Position numbers and translations under genes: made by a program. Positions 1-10,505 of a stretch of 64,000 nt of DNA are shown piece after piece. Origin of the DNA: an uncultured Gammaproteobacteria bacterium (lineage in GTDB: Bacteria; Pseudomonadota; Gammaproteobacteria; JAADHQ01); the NCBI GenBank assembly GCA_947258655.1, contig CAMYJD010000001.1, positions 17,242 to 81,241 of the forward strand. Reading direction: 5' to 3'. Position 1 is the stretch's first letter, and each line of letters starts with the position of its first letter. Below the pieces are notes generated by a model. That model was not told where the DNA came from and ran no database searches. It saw only the letters and a list, made by a program, of their open reading frames with translations.

Positions 1-884
1 CGCACTACACGCCTGGCTATATACAGCGGATCACAACCACCATCGAGCATACGCGCCAGCCAGTACAGGGCCGCATCCACTGCGGAGCCCCTGACCGCCT
101 TATGCAACGCCGAGATCTGTTCATAGAAGGCGTCACCACCCTTGTCGAATCGTCTGACACCACCACTGACCACATCCTTCAGGACCGCCAGCGAAATGCT
201 GCCCTGAGCTTCTCCGGACTCGCTGATATCGGCCGCTATTTCAAGCATATTCAGCGCGTAACGCGCATCACCATCAGCAACCTGTGCCAGTAGTTGCAGC
301 GCATCATCTTCTATTTGTATTTTTCGACTGCCCAGTCCGCGCTGTTGATCTGTCAGTGCACGGCGGATCAGTTCGATAATACTTTCCTGATCGAGGCTCT
401 TGAGGACATAGACACGTACGCGGGATAGCAACGCATTATTCAATTCAAATGATGGGTTTTCCGTGGTTGCACCGATAAAAGTGATCGTACCGTCTTCGAC
501 ATGCGGTAAAAATGCATCCTGCTGGGCTTTGTTGAATCGATGTACCTCATCAACGAACAGGATACTGGCGCGATCATACTGCTGACGATTTAAGCGTGCT
601 TTTTCGATGGCCTGCCTGATATCCTTGACTCCGGATAATACAGCAGAAAGGCTGGTAAAATCGGCGTTTGCATAACGCGCAATCATGCGTGCCAGTGTGG
701 TTTTACCGGTGCCGGGTGGCCCCCAGAACAACATTGAATGCAAATGTCCCAGCTCCAGGGCCTGTCGCAGTGTCTTCGCCTGGTCAAGCAGATGCTTTTG
801 CCCGACGAGTTCATCAAGAATCTGCGGGCGCATACGGTCAGCCAGTGGGCGGTAATCCTGTTGCTTGTCTTCCCCGGCATTCAC
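1..884 (-). CDS. rarA: Replication-associated recombination protein A (AAA+ ATPase), 3' end runs off window
   Basis: Manual translation from GTG at 884 gives RPLADRMRP, Walker [37 protein letters not shown] and [11 protein letters not shown]; follows lolA as in ftsK-lolA-rarA. Not in the ORF track because it is truncated. Confidence 0.95.
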   Translation of the reverse strand, partial: MNAGEDKQQDYRPLADRMRPQILDELVGQKHLLDQAKTLRQALELGHLHSMLFWGPPGTGKTTLARMIARYANADFTSLSAVLSGVKDIRQAIEKARLNRQQYDRASILFVDEVHRFNKAQQDAFLPHVEDGTITFIGATTENPSFELNNALLSRVRVYVLKSLDQESIIELIRRALTDQQRGLGSRKIQIEDDALQLLAQVADGDARYALNMLEIAADISESGEAQGSISLAVLKDVVSGGVRRFDKGGDAFYEQISALHKAVRGSAVDAALYWLARMLDGGCDPLYIARRVV

Positions 885-896
885 GGTTTTTGATTC

Positions 897-1517
897 TTAT
901 AACTGGTCACCACCGATCACGTCGGTACCCGGCGGTATGATAAATTTAAACCTTGATGCATCTATATCTGCGTTGGTTTTCTGCGACTTAAAATGAATCC
1001 GGGTGCGCTGGCCGAGGTTGTCCTTGAGTTCAAGCATTATCAGGACATCATCCAAAAAAGCCACCGAGATTTCCGCAAAATCAGAATCTTCCTGCTTGGG
1101 TACAAGGCTCACCCAATGATACTTGTCACCACGATCGACTTCGCTGAGTTTGAAATCGCGAGATAATGGGTACTTTCCACTCAGCACCAGCGCCGGCGCA
1201 TTACCGATTGCGCGGGATTCCTGTTTAATAGTAACCTGGTCGAGTTCGGGATCATAAATCCAGATGCGCTCACCGTCGGCGACTATCACCTGGGGATAGG
1301 GATCATTATATTCCCAGCGAAACAGTCCCGGTCTCTTGATCCACACCTTGCCACTGGATTCCTGCACCGTGTGGTCACTGGTATCTTTCAATACCTGATA
1401 AAAATCAGCCTCGATTGAGGTTACGCCATTGTGAAAACGGTTAAGTTGATCCATACCACTCGCAGCATGTACTACAGCATGCAACAGGTACAACGAAAAC
1501 AAAAAAAATGCGCGCAT
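897..1517 (-). CDS. lolA: Outer membrane lipoprotein carrier protein LolA
   Basis: Signal peptide; KRPGLFRWEY, IVADGERIWIYDPELDQVT; between ftsK and rarA. Confidence 0.96.
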   Translation of the reverse strand: MRAFFLFSLYLLHAVVHAASGMDQLNRFHNGVTSIEADFYQVLKDTSDHTVQESSGKVWIKRPGLFRWEYNDPYPQVIVADGERIWIYDPELDQVTIKQESRAIGNAPALVLSGKYPLSRDFKLSEVDRGDKYHWVSLVPKQEDSDFAEISVAFLDDVLIMLELKDNLGQRTRIHFKSQKTNADIDASRFKFIIPPGTDVIGGDQL

Positions 1518-1546
1518 AATAAATTCCTTAAATTGGGTGCTGGCTC

Positions 1547-3859
1547 TCAGTCCTTGATTGGAGGCGGGGCTATAACCTCGCGACTGCCATTGGACTGCAT
1601 ACTGCTGACGATGCCTGCCGCCTCCATGGCCTCGATCATGCGTGCTGCGCGGTTATAACCTATTTTCAGTCGGCGCTGCACAGAAGATATTGAGGCCCGG
1701 CGGGTTTCGGTTACGATCTTCACGGCTTCATCATATAAAGGATCAGACTCATCATCGGCCTCGGAAGTTTCACCCGGTAATAAGACAGGCACACCACCCT
1801 GCTCCTCATCGATGATATCATCCAGATAATCAGGCTCGCCGAGTTCTTTTAATTGGCCTACAACAGCGTGTACTTCATGATCTTCGACAAAAGCGCCATG
1901 CACACGTGTAGGCATGCCACTGCCCGGACTCAGATACAACATGTCACCATGCCCCAGCAGTTGCTCTGCTCCACCCTGATCGAGGATAGTCCTGGAATCC
2001 ACTTTTGAGGAAACCTGGAAGGCAATACGTGTTGGTATATTTGCCTTAATCAGGCCTGTTATGACATTAACTGAGGGTCGTTGGGTCGCCACAATCAGAT
2101 GGATCCCGGCCGCACGTGCCTTTTGCGCGAGTCGCGCAATCAACTCCTCACACTTCTTGCCGACGATCATCATCATATCGGCGAATTCATCGATGACAAC
2201 GACAATCTGAGGCAAATGATTCAGTGTGGGTGGTGGTTCATCCGGATCGAAGGCCTCTTCAGGTTTATACAACGGGTCCTGAATCGGCTCGCCCTTGTCT
2301 ATCGCTTCCTTGACCTTACGGTTATAGCCGGCCAGATTTCGTACCCCGAGTGTCGCCATCAGTCGATAGCGTCTCTCCATTTCACCGACACACCAGCGCA
2401 ATGCATTGGCCGAGTCCTTCATATCGGTAATCACCGGGGTCAACAGATGCGGTATGCCTTCATAGACCGATAACTCCAGCATTTTTGGATCGATCATGAT
2501 CAGACGCACATCATTTGGTGTGGATTTGTATAACAGACTCAGGATCATCGCATTCACGGCAACCGATTTACCCGACCCGGTCGTTCCGGCGACCAGCAAG
2601 TGCGGCATCTTGGCCAGATCAACAACGATCGGACTGCCACTGATGTCTTTACCCAATGCCAGGGTAACGTTTGAATTGGAACTGTCATACTGCTGGGAGC
2701 GGAGAATCTCGCTCAGATAAACGATCTCGCGATATTCGTTCGGAATCTCGAGACCGATAGTGGATTTACCGGGTATGACCTCGACAACACGCAGACTGAC
2801 AACGGACATCGCGCGCGCCAGGTCCTTGGCAAGATTACTGATCTGACTGACCTTGACGCCGGCTGCCGGTTGCACTTCGAAACGCGTGATCACCGGTCCC
2901 GGATGAACGGATTCGACAACCACCTCAATGCCAAAGTCGCGCAGCTTCAACTCCAGTAATTGCGACATCGCCTCGAGGGCATCCTTGGAAAAGCCCTTGG
3001 TTGACGGCACAGGATCATCTAGGAGTGACAGTGCTGGCAATTCCGTGTTCGGTGCCGGCTCAAACAGCGGCACCTGCTTTTCCTTTTCAATACGCGGGCT
3101 CGGTGCCAATTCTTTGATTACCGGCTCGATCTTGACCGGCTTGCGCTGTTCCTGCTTGACCTTTTCAACCTCGACGACTTCCACGCGATCCTTACGTGCC
3201 TTGCGTAATTCACGCTTTTCGCGGAAATAACCCGCCAGTCCACGTACCCAGTCAAACGCATTCATTGCCAGCATGCCCAACTGATCCATTAATTTTAACC
3301 ATGACAAGCCGGTGAACAGGGTAATACCAGTCAGGAATAGGGCCAGTAACAGCAATGTCGATCCCATCGAGCCAAAGGCCTGCAACAGTGCCAGCGCAAC
3401 CGTCGAGCCGAGGATCCCGCCGGCCGTTTGCTCGGGTAACATACCTGGTTGGATCAGGAAATGTATCGAGGCCAGTGCGGTACCGCTGATCAGGGTCAAC
3501 AGGAAACCACTGAAGCGAATTGAGAATATGCGTCCGTCAAATTCGCCACTGATCTTGCGCTCGCGGTAGATCAGCACACCGGAATAGATAATCATGACCG
3601 GCACCAGATAGGCCAAATAGCCAAACAGCAATAACAAAACATCGGCAAACCAGGCGCCAACCACACCGCCGGCATTACTGACATCAGTTCGACTGATCGT
3701 GTTGGTCCAGCCCGGATCAGCGGTATTGTAGCTGGACAGGACAATGAAGAAATAGATGCCGATCGCACCAAACACGAACAGTGCTGCCTCACGCAAACCG
3801 CGCGCAACATGTGTACCCAGTGGTTTTGAATCAGATTTCTTTTTTCGTGCTTGCGCCAA
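1547..3859 (-). CDS. ftsK: DNA translocase FtsK
   Basis: N-terminal TM domain, [22 protein letters not shown]-terminal gamma domain ([18 protein letters not shown]). Confidence 0.98.
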   Translation of the reverse strand: MAQARKKKSDSKPLGTHVARGLREAALFVFGAIGIYFFIVLSSYNTADPGWTNTISRTDVSNAGGVVGAWFADVLLLLFGYLAYLVPVMIIYSGVLIYRERKISGEFDGRIFSIRFSGFLLTLISGTALASIHFLIQPGMLPEQTAGGILGSTVALALLQAFGSMGSTLLLLALFLTGITLFTGLSWLKLMDQLGMLAMNAFDWVRGLAGYFREKRELRKARKDRVEVVEVEKVKQEQRKPVKIEPVIKELAPSPRIEKEKQVPLFEPAPNTELPALSLLDDPVPSTKGFSKDALEAMSQLLELKLRDFGIEVVVESVHPGPVITRFEVQPAAGVKVSQISNLAKDLARAMSVVSLRVVEVIPGKSTIGLEIPNEYREIVYLSEILRSQQYDSSNSNVTLALGKDISGSPIVVDLAKMPHLLVAGTTGSGKSVAVNAMILSLLYKSTPNDVRLIMIDPKMLELSVYEGIPHLLTPVITDMKDSANALRWCVGEMERRYRLMATLGVRNLAGYNRKVKEAIDKGEPIQDPLYKPEEAFDPDEPPPTLNHLPQIVVVIDEFADMMMIVGKKCEELIARLAQKARAAGIHLIVATQRPSVNVITGLIKANIPTRIAFQVSSKVDSRTILDQGGAEQLLGHGDMLYLSPGSGMPTRVHGAFVEDHEVHAVVGQLKELGEPDYLDDIIDEEQGGVPVLLPGETSEADDESDPLYDEAVKIVTETRRASISSVQRRLKIGYNRAARMIEAMEAAGIVSSMQSNGSREVIAPPPIKD

Positions 3860-3920
3860 GTTTACACCTTTTACTGTAAGAATATCCTATAAGCTTTTAA
3901 TTATTATAAAATTAATTGCA

Positions 3921-4985
3921 TTAAGCAAGTGCTTCTTTGAGGGCGGGATGGATGAGCCGCCCGGCCTCAATATTGATGCCTTTCAGCAATTCATCATACT
4001 GCTTCCAGTCCCCGGACGTCAGTTGTAGCGCATACGGCAGGATCGCCGCGGACAGGGCCTGAGACGCACTCCTCGGTACAGCGCCGGGCATATTGGTCAC
4101 CCCGAAGTGTATCACGTCCTCATCTACATACGTGGGCTGCTGATAGTCTGTTGGTCTGATCGTTTCTACACACCCGCCCTGATCCACCGAAATGTCGATA
4201 ATAACACTTCTTTTTTTCATGTTTTTAACCATAGGCCTGCTGACGATATGCGGGGTTTTGGCCCCCGGGATAAGCACGGCGCCCACCAGCAGATCGGCCG
4301 TCGATAATGCATCCTCGATTGCGTCTTGATAAGGATACAGGGCAGTGACATTAGCACCAATGCCTCGCGCCAGCGACAACTTATCCCGCTTGCGATCAAA
4401 CACCGTGACTTGCGCCCCTATGGCAGCCAACATGCGGGCAGCATTACTGCCTGCCACACCCCCGCCGAGCACGACAACCTGGCCGCGCTCTGCTGCAGGC
4501 AGGCCTCCCAGTAATATGCCGCGCCCTCCCGCTGGTTGATGCAACAGGTGCGCACCCACCTGTGCAGCCACCCTGCCGGCGATATCACTCATCGGTGCCA
4601 GTAATGGCAACTGCCCATGTGACGCGACCGTCTCGAAGGCAATGGCAGTCAGGCCTATTGCCTGTAGTTGCGTTGCCAGTTCCGGATTGGCAGCCAGATG
4701 CAGAAAACAGAACAATAGATGCCGACGCTCCAGCATCTGCAACTCCGGCCCCTGAGGTTCCTTTACCTTGATAATCAGTTCCGCCTGCGCATAGACATCA
4801 GCAGCCGTGGTAACTATTCTGACACCCAGGTCTTCGTATTGTTGGTCTGTATAGCCGCTCAACAGACCGGCACCCTGCTCAAGCACCACATCGTGACCGC
4901 CACGCACAAGATCGGCACAGGCTTGCGGGACCAGACCCACCCGGCCTTCAAGGGTTTTGGTTTCTTTTGGAATTCCTATTTTCAT
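3921..4985 (-). CDS. ald: Alanine dehydrogenase
   Basis: [44 protein letters not shown]. Confidence 0.95.
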   Translation of the reverse strand: MKIGIPKETKTLEGRVGLVPQACADLVRGGHDVVLEQGAGLLSGYTDQQYEDLGVRIVTTAADVYAQAELIIKVKEPQGPELQMLERRHLLFCFLHLAANPELATQLQAIGLTAIAFETVASHGQLPLLAPMSDIAGRVAAQVGAHLLHQPAGGRGILLGGLPAAERGQVVVLGGGVAGSNAARMLAAIGAQVTVFDRKRDKLSLARGIGANVTALYPYQDAIEDALSTADLLVGAVLIPGAKTPHIVSRPMVKNMKKRSVIIDISVDQGGCVETIRPTDYQQPTYVDEDVIHFGVTNMPGAVPRSASQALSAAILPYALQLTSGDWKQYDELLKGINIEAGRLIHPALKEALA

Positions 4986-5128
4986 AGCGCAAAATAATCC
5001 AATATGGGTTAAAATCTCGTTTTTTCCCTGGACGTTAAACCCGCCCGGGGAATCGACGAATTCTGTTAGCTGAACCTTATTGGGCCCTAATAGTCCAATT
5101 CGGGATAAACGAAATATTCAACTATTAA

Positions 5129-6116
<988 letters not shown>

Positions 6117-6118
<2 letters not shown>

Positions 6119-6192
6119 TCCTGGCCAGGATTTCGTGCCTTTGCGTCTTCGGTTAGCGCTTGAAATCACCACGAAGACACGAAGGCACGAAG
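6117..6192. repeat. Palindromic intergenic element: 16-bp perfect palindrome plus imperfect inverted repeat built of CACGAAG units
   Basis: AATCCTGGCCAGGATT at 6117-6132; left arm TTCGTGCCTTTGCGTCTTCG (6132-6151) pairs with the right arm CACGAAGACACGAAGGCACGAAG (6170-6192). Confidence 0.75.
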
Positions 6193-6342
6193 ATTTAATA
6201 TATTTCACAAGCGGTGAATACAATCAGGCTGGACCCATTAATTTGATTGTGACAATCCAGTTAATCTGCGCATTACTGCATGACTCTCATTTGATTAACT
6301 CCCAGCTTAACATTACCTACACTCATCCTTATTAGTGTCAAC

Positions 6343-7482
6343 ATGGACATCAGGCAACATCACAGTATTCTTGATATACCCCGCGAAGACTGGAAGCGTA
6401 TACTGAACAATCATTATCCGTTCATGCAACATGAATTTTTGGCTGCATTGGAGCAAAATAAATGCACTGGTGAACAATTTGGTTGGCTCGCGCGACATAT
6501 TGCCGCCTACGAGGATGGCAAACTGATCGGGGCGATACCCATATATGAAAAGGATAACTCTTACGGTGAATTTGTTTTCGACTGGTCCTGGGCCGATGCC
6601 TATCAACGTCATGGTCTTCCCTATTATCCTAAATGGGTCATTGCCGCACCTTATACACCAGCGAGCGGACCGAGAATCCTGGTCGATCCTGAGTATGACT
6701 GGCAAAACGTCTGTACACACATGCTTGAAGGTTTGCAGGAACTTCAGGCTGTAGACAATATCTCATCCATTCACTTTCTGTTTACAACAGACAGGGAAAC
6801 CCGCTTTCTTGAAAACCAGGGATATATGACTCGCCTCGGCTGCCAGTTTCACTGGCACAATCAGGGCTACAGGGATTTTACCGATTTTCTTGATACCTTC
6901 ACGGCCAAAAAGCGTAAGAACGTCAAGCAGGAACGAAAATACGCAGCTACGGCCGCGGTAGATATAGAGATCATCCGCGGCTGTGATGCCAGCGATGAAC
7001 AGTTGCTCGCTGCCGAACTATTTTATCGCAAGACATTCGATGAAAAATGGGGCACAGCCACGTTGAACCTGGGTTTCTTCACACAGATCGCTGCATCGAT
7101 GGGCGAACAACTATTACTGATTATGGCACGACGCAATGGCCAATATATCGCCGGAGCAATTTGTTTCAAAGATGAACGAACCTTGTACGGCCGACACTGG
7201 GGTTGTATAGAGGATCATGCCCACCTGCATTTCGAATTGTGTTTCTACCAGGGTATCGAATACTGCATACAACATGGTCTGCAGGTATTTGAGCCGGGTG
7301 CACAAGGAGAACACAAGATCAGTCGCGGATTTCTGCCGACGCCGACATGGTCAGCCCACTGGATAACAAACCCACAGTTCAGTCGTGCTATCCAACACTT
7401 TCTGCAACAGGAAACAGAGGGGATGCAGGATTATATCCGCACCATGCAAGAACGTAGTCCCTACAAAAATAATGTCCGCTAA
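6343..7482 (+). CDS. GNAT/FemAB-like protein (DUF482-type)
   Basis: SYGEFVFDWSWADAY, YYPK, LYGRHWG, LHFELCFYQGIEYCI, FEPGAQGEHKISRGF. Confidence 0.88.
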   Translation: MDIRQHHSILDIPREDWKRILNNHYPFMQHEFLAALEQNKCTGEQFGWLARHIAAYEDGKLIGAIPIYEKDNSYGEFVFDWSWADAYQRHGLPYYPKWVIAAPYTPASGPRILVDPEYDWQNVCTHMLEGLQELQAVDNISSIHFLFTTDRETRFLENQGYMTRLGCQFHWHNQGYRDFTDFLDTFTAKKRKNVKQERKYAATAAVDIEIIRGCDASDEQLLAAELFYRKTFDEKWGTATLNLGFFTQIAASMGEQLLLIMARRNGQYIAGAICFKDERTLYGRHWGCIEDHAHLHFELCFYQGIEYCIQHGLQVFEPGAQGEHKISRGFLPTPTWSAHWITNPQFSRAIQHFLQQETEGMQDYIRTMQERSPYKNNVR

Positions 7483-7535
7483 CAATATGAAATATATGCA
7501 GTATCAAAATATTGACTCATACTGATATTTTCTTC

Positions 7536-7578
7536 TATTGATCCAGATCAATATATCGACTCGACTTTTTCCTATACT
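7536..7578 (+). promoter_or_regulatory. FNR/Anr-type binding site with class II promoter geometry
   Basis: TTGATCCAGATCAA (7538-7551) is an exact TTGAT-N4-ATCAA; -10 TATACT at 7573-7578 puts the box centre near -41. Confidence 0.8.
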
Positions 7579-7621
7579 CAAGAACCCGTATCTAATGGTA
7601 TTACGTAATGGGGGAAATACT

Positions 7622-7726
7622 ATGCATATCGATGACAAGATAATGGCCTCCAATCTAGCCAAGACCATCATGGTCCTTATTGGTTTTATGTTCGCCATCA
7701 TCGTTCTGGCCAATTTGCTGGTATAA
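7622..7726 (+). CDS. Small single-pass membrane protein (34 aa), unknown function
   Basis: MHIDDKIMASNLAKTIMVLIGFMFAIIVLANLLV; GGGGGA RBS 6 nt upstream of the ATG; downstream of the FNR-box promoter. Confidence 0.65.
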   Translation: MHIDDKIMASNLAKTIMVLIGFMFAIIVLANLLV

Positions 7727-8005
7727 TTATTTCAATCTTCAAATAACAATTTCAAGGATATGCAGGTAAATCATGGCATATCGGAATCTACAGGACGAAT
7801 AGATGTATGTATGATGCTGATGCCCTTTTTACCTGACTGTAATGTGATGGCCACATTGAATGATCAATGCCGCTGGTACAGGGAATGACCGGTCATTTTC
7901 AGCTATTATAATTAGCCATGAATTCCATAATCATGTCCACAACTATATCATGCACCCGACACCATCTGTGCGGGTCACGATGTTTACAAACCACTATGTA
8001 AACCA

Positions 8006-8734
8006 ATGCCCGCACCATTCTGGATAGAACATGACAGCCCGGATTACAGCTTCCCTGATGTCTGCCTTTCCCTGACTGACCCTGACGGTTTGCTTGCCAT
8101 CGGTGGCGACCTTTCTCAGGCGCGCCTGCTCAGTGCCTATCAGTCCGGCATATTCCCATGGTATTCAGAGGGCCAACCCATTCTGTGGTGGTCTCCTGAT
8201 CCGCGCTTTGTACTTTTTCCTCAGCATCTGAAAATATCACGCAGTCTGCGCAAGACCATTCGCAAACAGCAATTTGCAATCAGCATCAATAAGGATTTTG
8301 ATTCGGTGATACAGGCTTGCTCACGCACTATCAGACCGGGCCAGAGCGGTACCTGGATTACCGATGATATGTATCATGCCTACATCAAACTCCATGATGC
8401 AGGATATGCGCATTCAGTTGAGGCATGGCACGGGCAGCAACTTGTCGGTGGACTGTATGGCGTTGCCATAGGACGTGTTTTCTTCGGTGAGTCGATGTTC
8501 AGCCATCAGACTGATGCATCAAAGGTGGCATTTGCATGCTTCGTTAAACATATCCATAAGCTGGGTTTTCAACTCATTGACTGTCAGGTCTATACCAGTC
8601 ATCTGCAAAGCCTTGGGGCCGAACCTATTTCACGACTCAAATTTACGCAGATATTGCATAAGTACTGTAATAATTTCGAGCAGATACTAAAACAACCGGC
8701 CGATATCGATTGCGATATCGAGTTGTCGACATAG
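8006..8734 (+). CDS. aat: Leucyl/phenylalanyl-tRNA--protein transferase
   Basis: GLLAIGGDLS, AYQSGIFPWY, WWSPDPR, FFGESMFS, DASKVA, LIDCQ. Confidence 0.96.
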   Translation: MPAPFWIEHDSPDYSFPDVCLSLTDPDGLLAIGGDLSQARLLSAYQSGIFPWYSEGQPILWWSPDPRFVLFPQHLKISRSLRKTIRKQQFAISINKDFDSVIQACSRTIRPGQSGTWITDDMYHAYIKLHDAGYAHSVEAWHGQQLVGGLYGVAIGRVFFGESMFSHQTDASKVAFACFVKHIHKLGFQLIDCQVYTSHLQSLGAEPISRLKFTQILHKYCNNFEQILKQPADIDCDIELST

Positions 8735-8889
8735 TCCTGTAACCTGTTCATCAAACATTGGCGCAAACATAATTTGTCAGGCAAGCTCAGGAGTTCATTG
8801 CCTGATGCACACTATTTGCTTCCGCAGGAATTCTGGCGCAAAATAGCACTGATTGCGGTTAATTTTGATCCAAGCAAATTCCACTATCG

Positions 8890-9633
8890 ATGACAAAGCA
8901 AGATTCGCACTCAGACAAACTCGATGATTCCAATCGGGTACGACTGTCTTTTTTTTCGACACCTGCCCACGATTGCAGCTATCTTGAAGACCGTCAGGCG
9001 ATTACGCTGTTCGCGGACCCGCATGCCGAACTGGATAATCATATTTACTCCACACTGTCACAATATGGCTTTCGCCGCAGTGGCAAACATATCTACCGTC
9101 CTTCATGCCCGACCTGCAGTGCCTGCATCCCGGTCAGGGTGGCCGCCAATGATTTTGCACCCAGACGCAACCAGAAACGTATATGGAAGGCCAATCAGGA
9201 TATCGAGGTTGATATGCTCGGTGCTGAATTCAAGGAGGAGCAACATGCTTTGTACTGCAAGTATATCCAGGCTCGTCATCCCGACGGCGGTATGAATGAT
9301 CCAGACCCTGAAAAATATATGGAATTTTTGACCAGCGAATGGAGCATTACCCGGTTTATAGAATTCCGATTAAACAGACAGCTAATCGCCGTGGCCATCC
9401 TCGATCAACTCGAAGACGGTTTTTCCGCGGTATATACATTTTTTGATCCTGATCTGCCGAAACGCAGCCTCGGCACGCTGGGAATTCTGTGGAGTATTGA
9501 ATTTACCCGAAAACTGGAGCTGGAGTGGCTATATCTTGGTTATCTGATCAGGGAATGTCGCAAAATGAGCTATAAATCCCAGTTTCAACCTTTACAGGGC
9601 TTTATCCAGGGGCATTGGGATTATATTAAATAA
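8890..9633 (+). CDS. bpt: Asp/Glu-specific leucyltransferase (Bpt, ATE1-like)
   Basis: HDCSYL, GFRRSG, RPSCPTCSACIPVR, SAVYTFFDPD, RSLG, LYLGY, KMSYK. Confidence 0.92.
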   Translation: MTKQDSHSDKLDDSNRVRLSFFSTPAHDCSYLEDRQAITLFADPHAELDNHIYSTLSQYGFRRSGKHIYRPSCPTCSACIPVRVAANDFAPRRNQKRIWKANQDIEVDMLGAEFKEEQHALYCKYIQARHPDGGMNDPDPEKYMEFLTSEWSITRFIEFRLNRQLIAVAILDQLEDGFSAVYTFFDPDLPKRSLGTLGILWSIEFTRKLELEWLYLGYLIRECRKMSYKSQFQPLQGFIQGHWDYIK

Positions 9634-9800
9634 TTGTTTTTACTATTCTTTACACAATCCACAATCCCCGTAATACCTCCCGCCACGATATTAAAGAAAG
9701 TGTCATGATCAACCGTTAACGTAGATAAGACTATGCTAGTACGTAATTTACGCCGGTCACCTGATAATTAAGGTTACCTGCCAGCGACAAGGAGCGCACT

Positions 9801-10037
9801 ATGTTGAGCTTCATCTACAATCTGGTTAGCAACTTCGAATCATCCCACGGCATTCGCCCTAACCTTCTCTATCTAAACGAGGATCATTTACACCATTTAA
9901 GTGATGAATTCTCGGAAGAGTATGACCTGTTCCAGATCATGAATATGCTGCAGATGGAATTCATTATCGATAATGAAACTATGCACCCACATGTGGCATG
10001 GACAAGAATAATGAATACAAAAACAGCCATGTGCTAG
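9801..10037 (+). CDS. Hypothetical protein (78 aa)
   Basis: Strong AAGGAG RBS, ATG start, non-overlapping ORF between bpt and infA. Confidence 0.75.
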   Translation: MLSFIYNLVSNFESSHGIRPNLLYLNEDHLHHLSDEFSEEYDLFQIMNMLQMEFIIDNETMHPHVAWTRIMNTKTAMC

Positions 10038-10271
10038 TTCGATCCAGCATATACCATCAGAATTGCGGAGCAAATTATTCCTGCAGACCTGTAAAAGGCC
10101 GCTGACACTATGAATTTAAATGGCCCGCACACTCGCCCAAATCAGCCTGGTAGTATCCTGTAGCCCGACTGCTTTAGAATCCAGACAGAAATATGCCCGT
10201 TAGTTACTACATTTCGCTGGCGGATTAGCGTACAATACGCCGCTGTGTTAAACGATGTAGGTAGCGTCTGA

Positions 10272-10490
10272 ATGGCCAAAGAAGATAGTATAGAAATGCA
10301 GGGAACCGTGGTTGAGACCCTGCCTAATACAACATTTCGCGTAGAACTGGAAAACGGTCATATTGTGACTGCCCATATCTCGGGGAAAATGCGTAAGAAT
10401 TACATCCGTATTCTGACAGGCGATACGGTCACCGTGCAACTGACGCCGTATGATTTAAGCAAGGGCAGGATTGTCTACCGCGCACGCTAG
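10272..10490 (+). CDS. infA: Translation initiation factor IF-1
   Basis: [42 protein letters not shown]. Confidence 0.99.
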   Translation: MAKEDSIEMQGTVVETLPNTTFRVELENGHIVTAHISGKMRKNYIRILTGDTVTVQLTPYDLSKGRIVYRAR

Positions 10491-10505
10491 GCTGGCTGTA
10501 AGCGC

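Noticed and set aside
683-880. 65-aa minus-strand ORF
   Set aside because: Out-of-frame overlap with rarA, which starts at GTG 884
3921-4985. ald rather than lrp between ftsK and trxB
   Set aside because: To my knowledge this arrangement occurs in other non-enteric Gammaproteobacteria, so it is not treated as novel
7538-7621. Longer 62-aa version of the small membrane ORF
   Set aside because: Its TTG start lies inside the FNR box; the RBS supports ATG 7622
8760-8850. Two TGGCGCAAA copies resembling sigma-54 -24 elements
   Set aside because: GG-to-GC spacing is 9 nt or the GC is absent, rather than the required 10 nt
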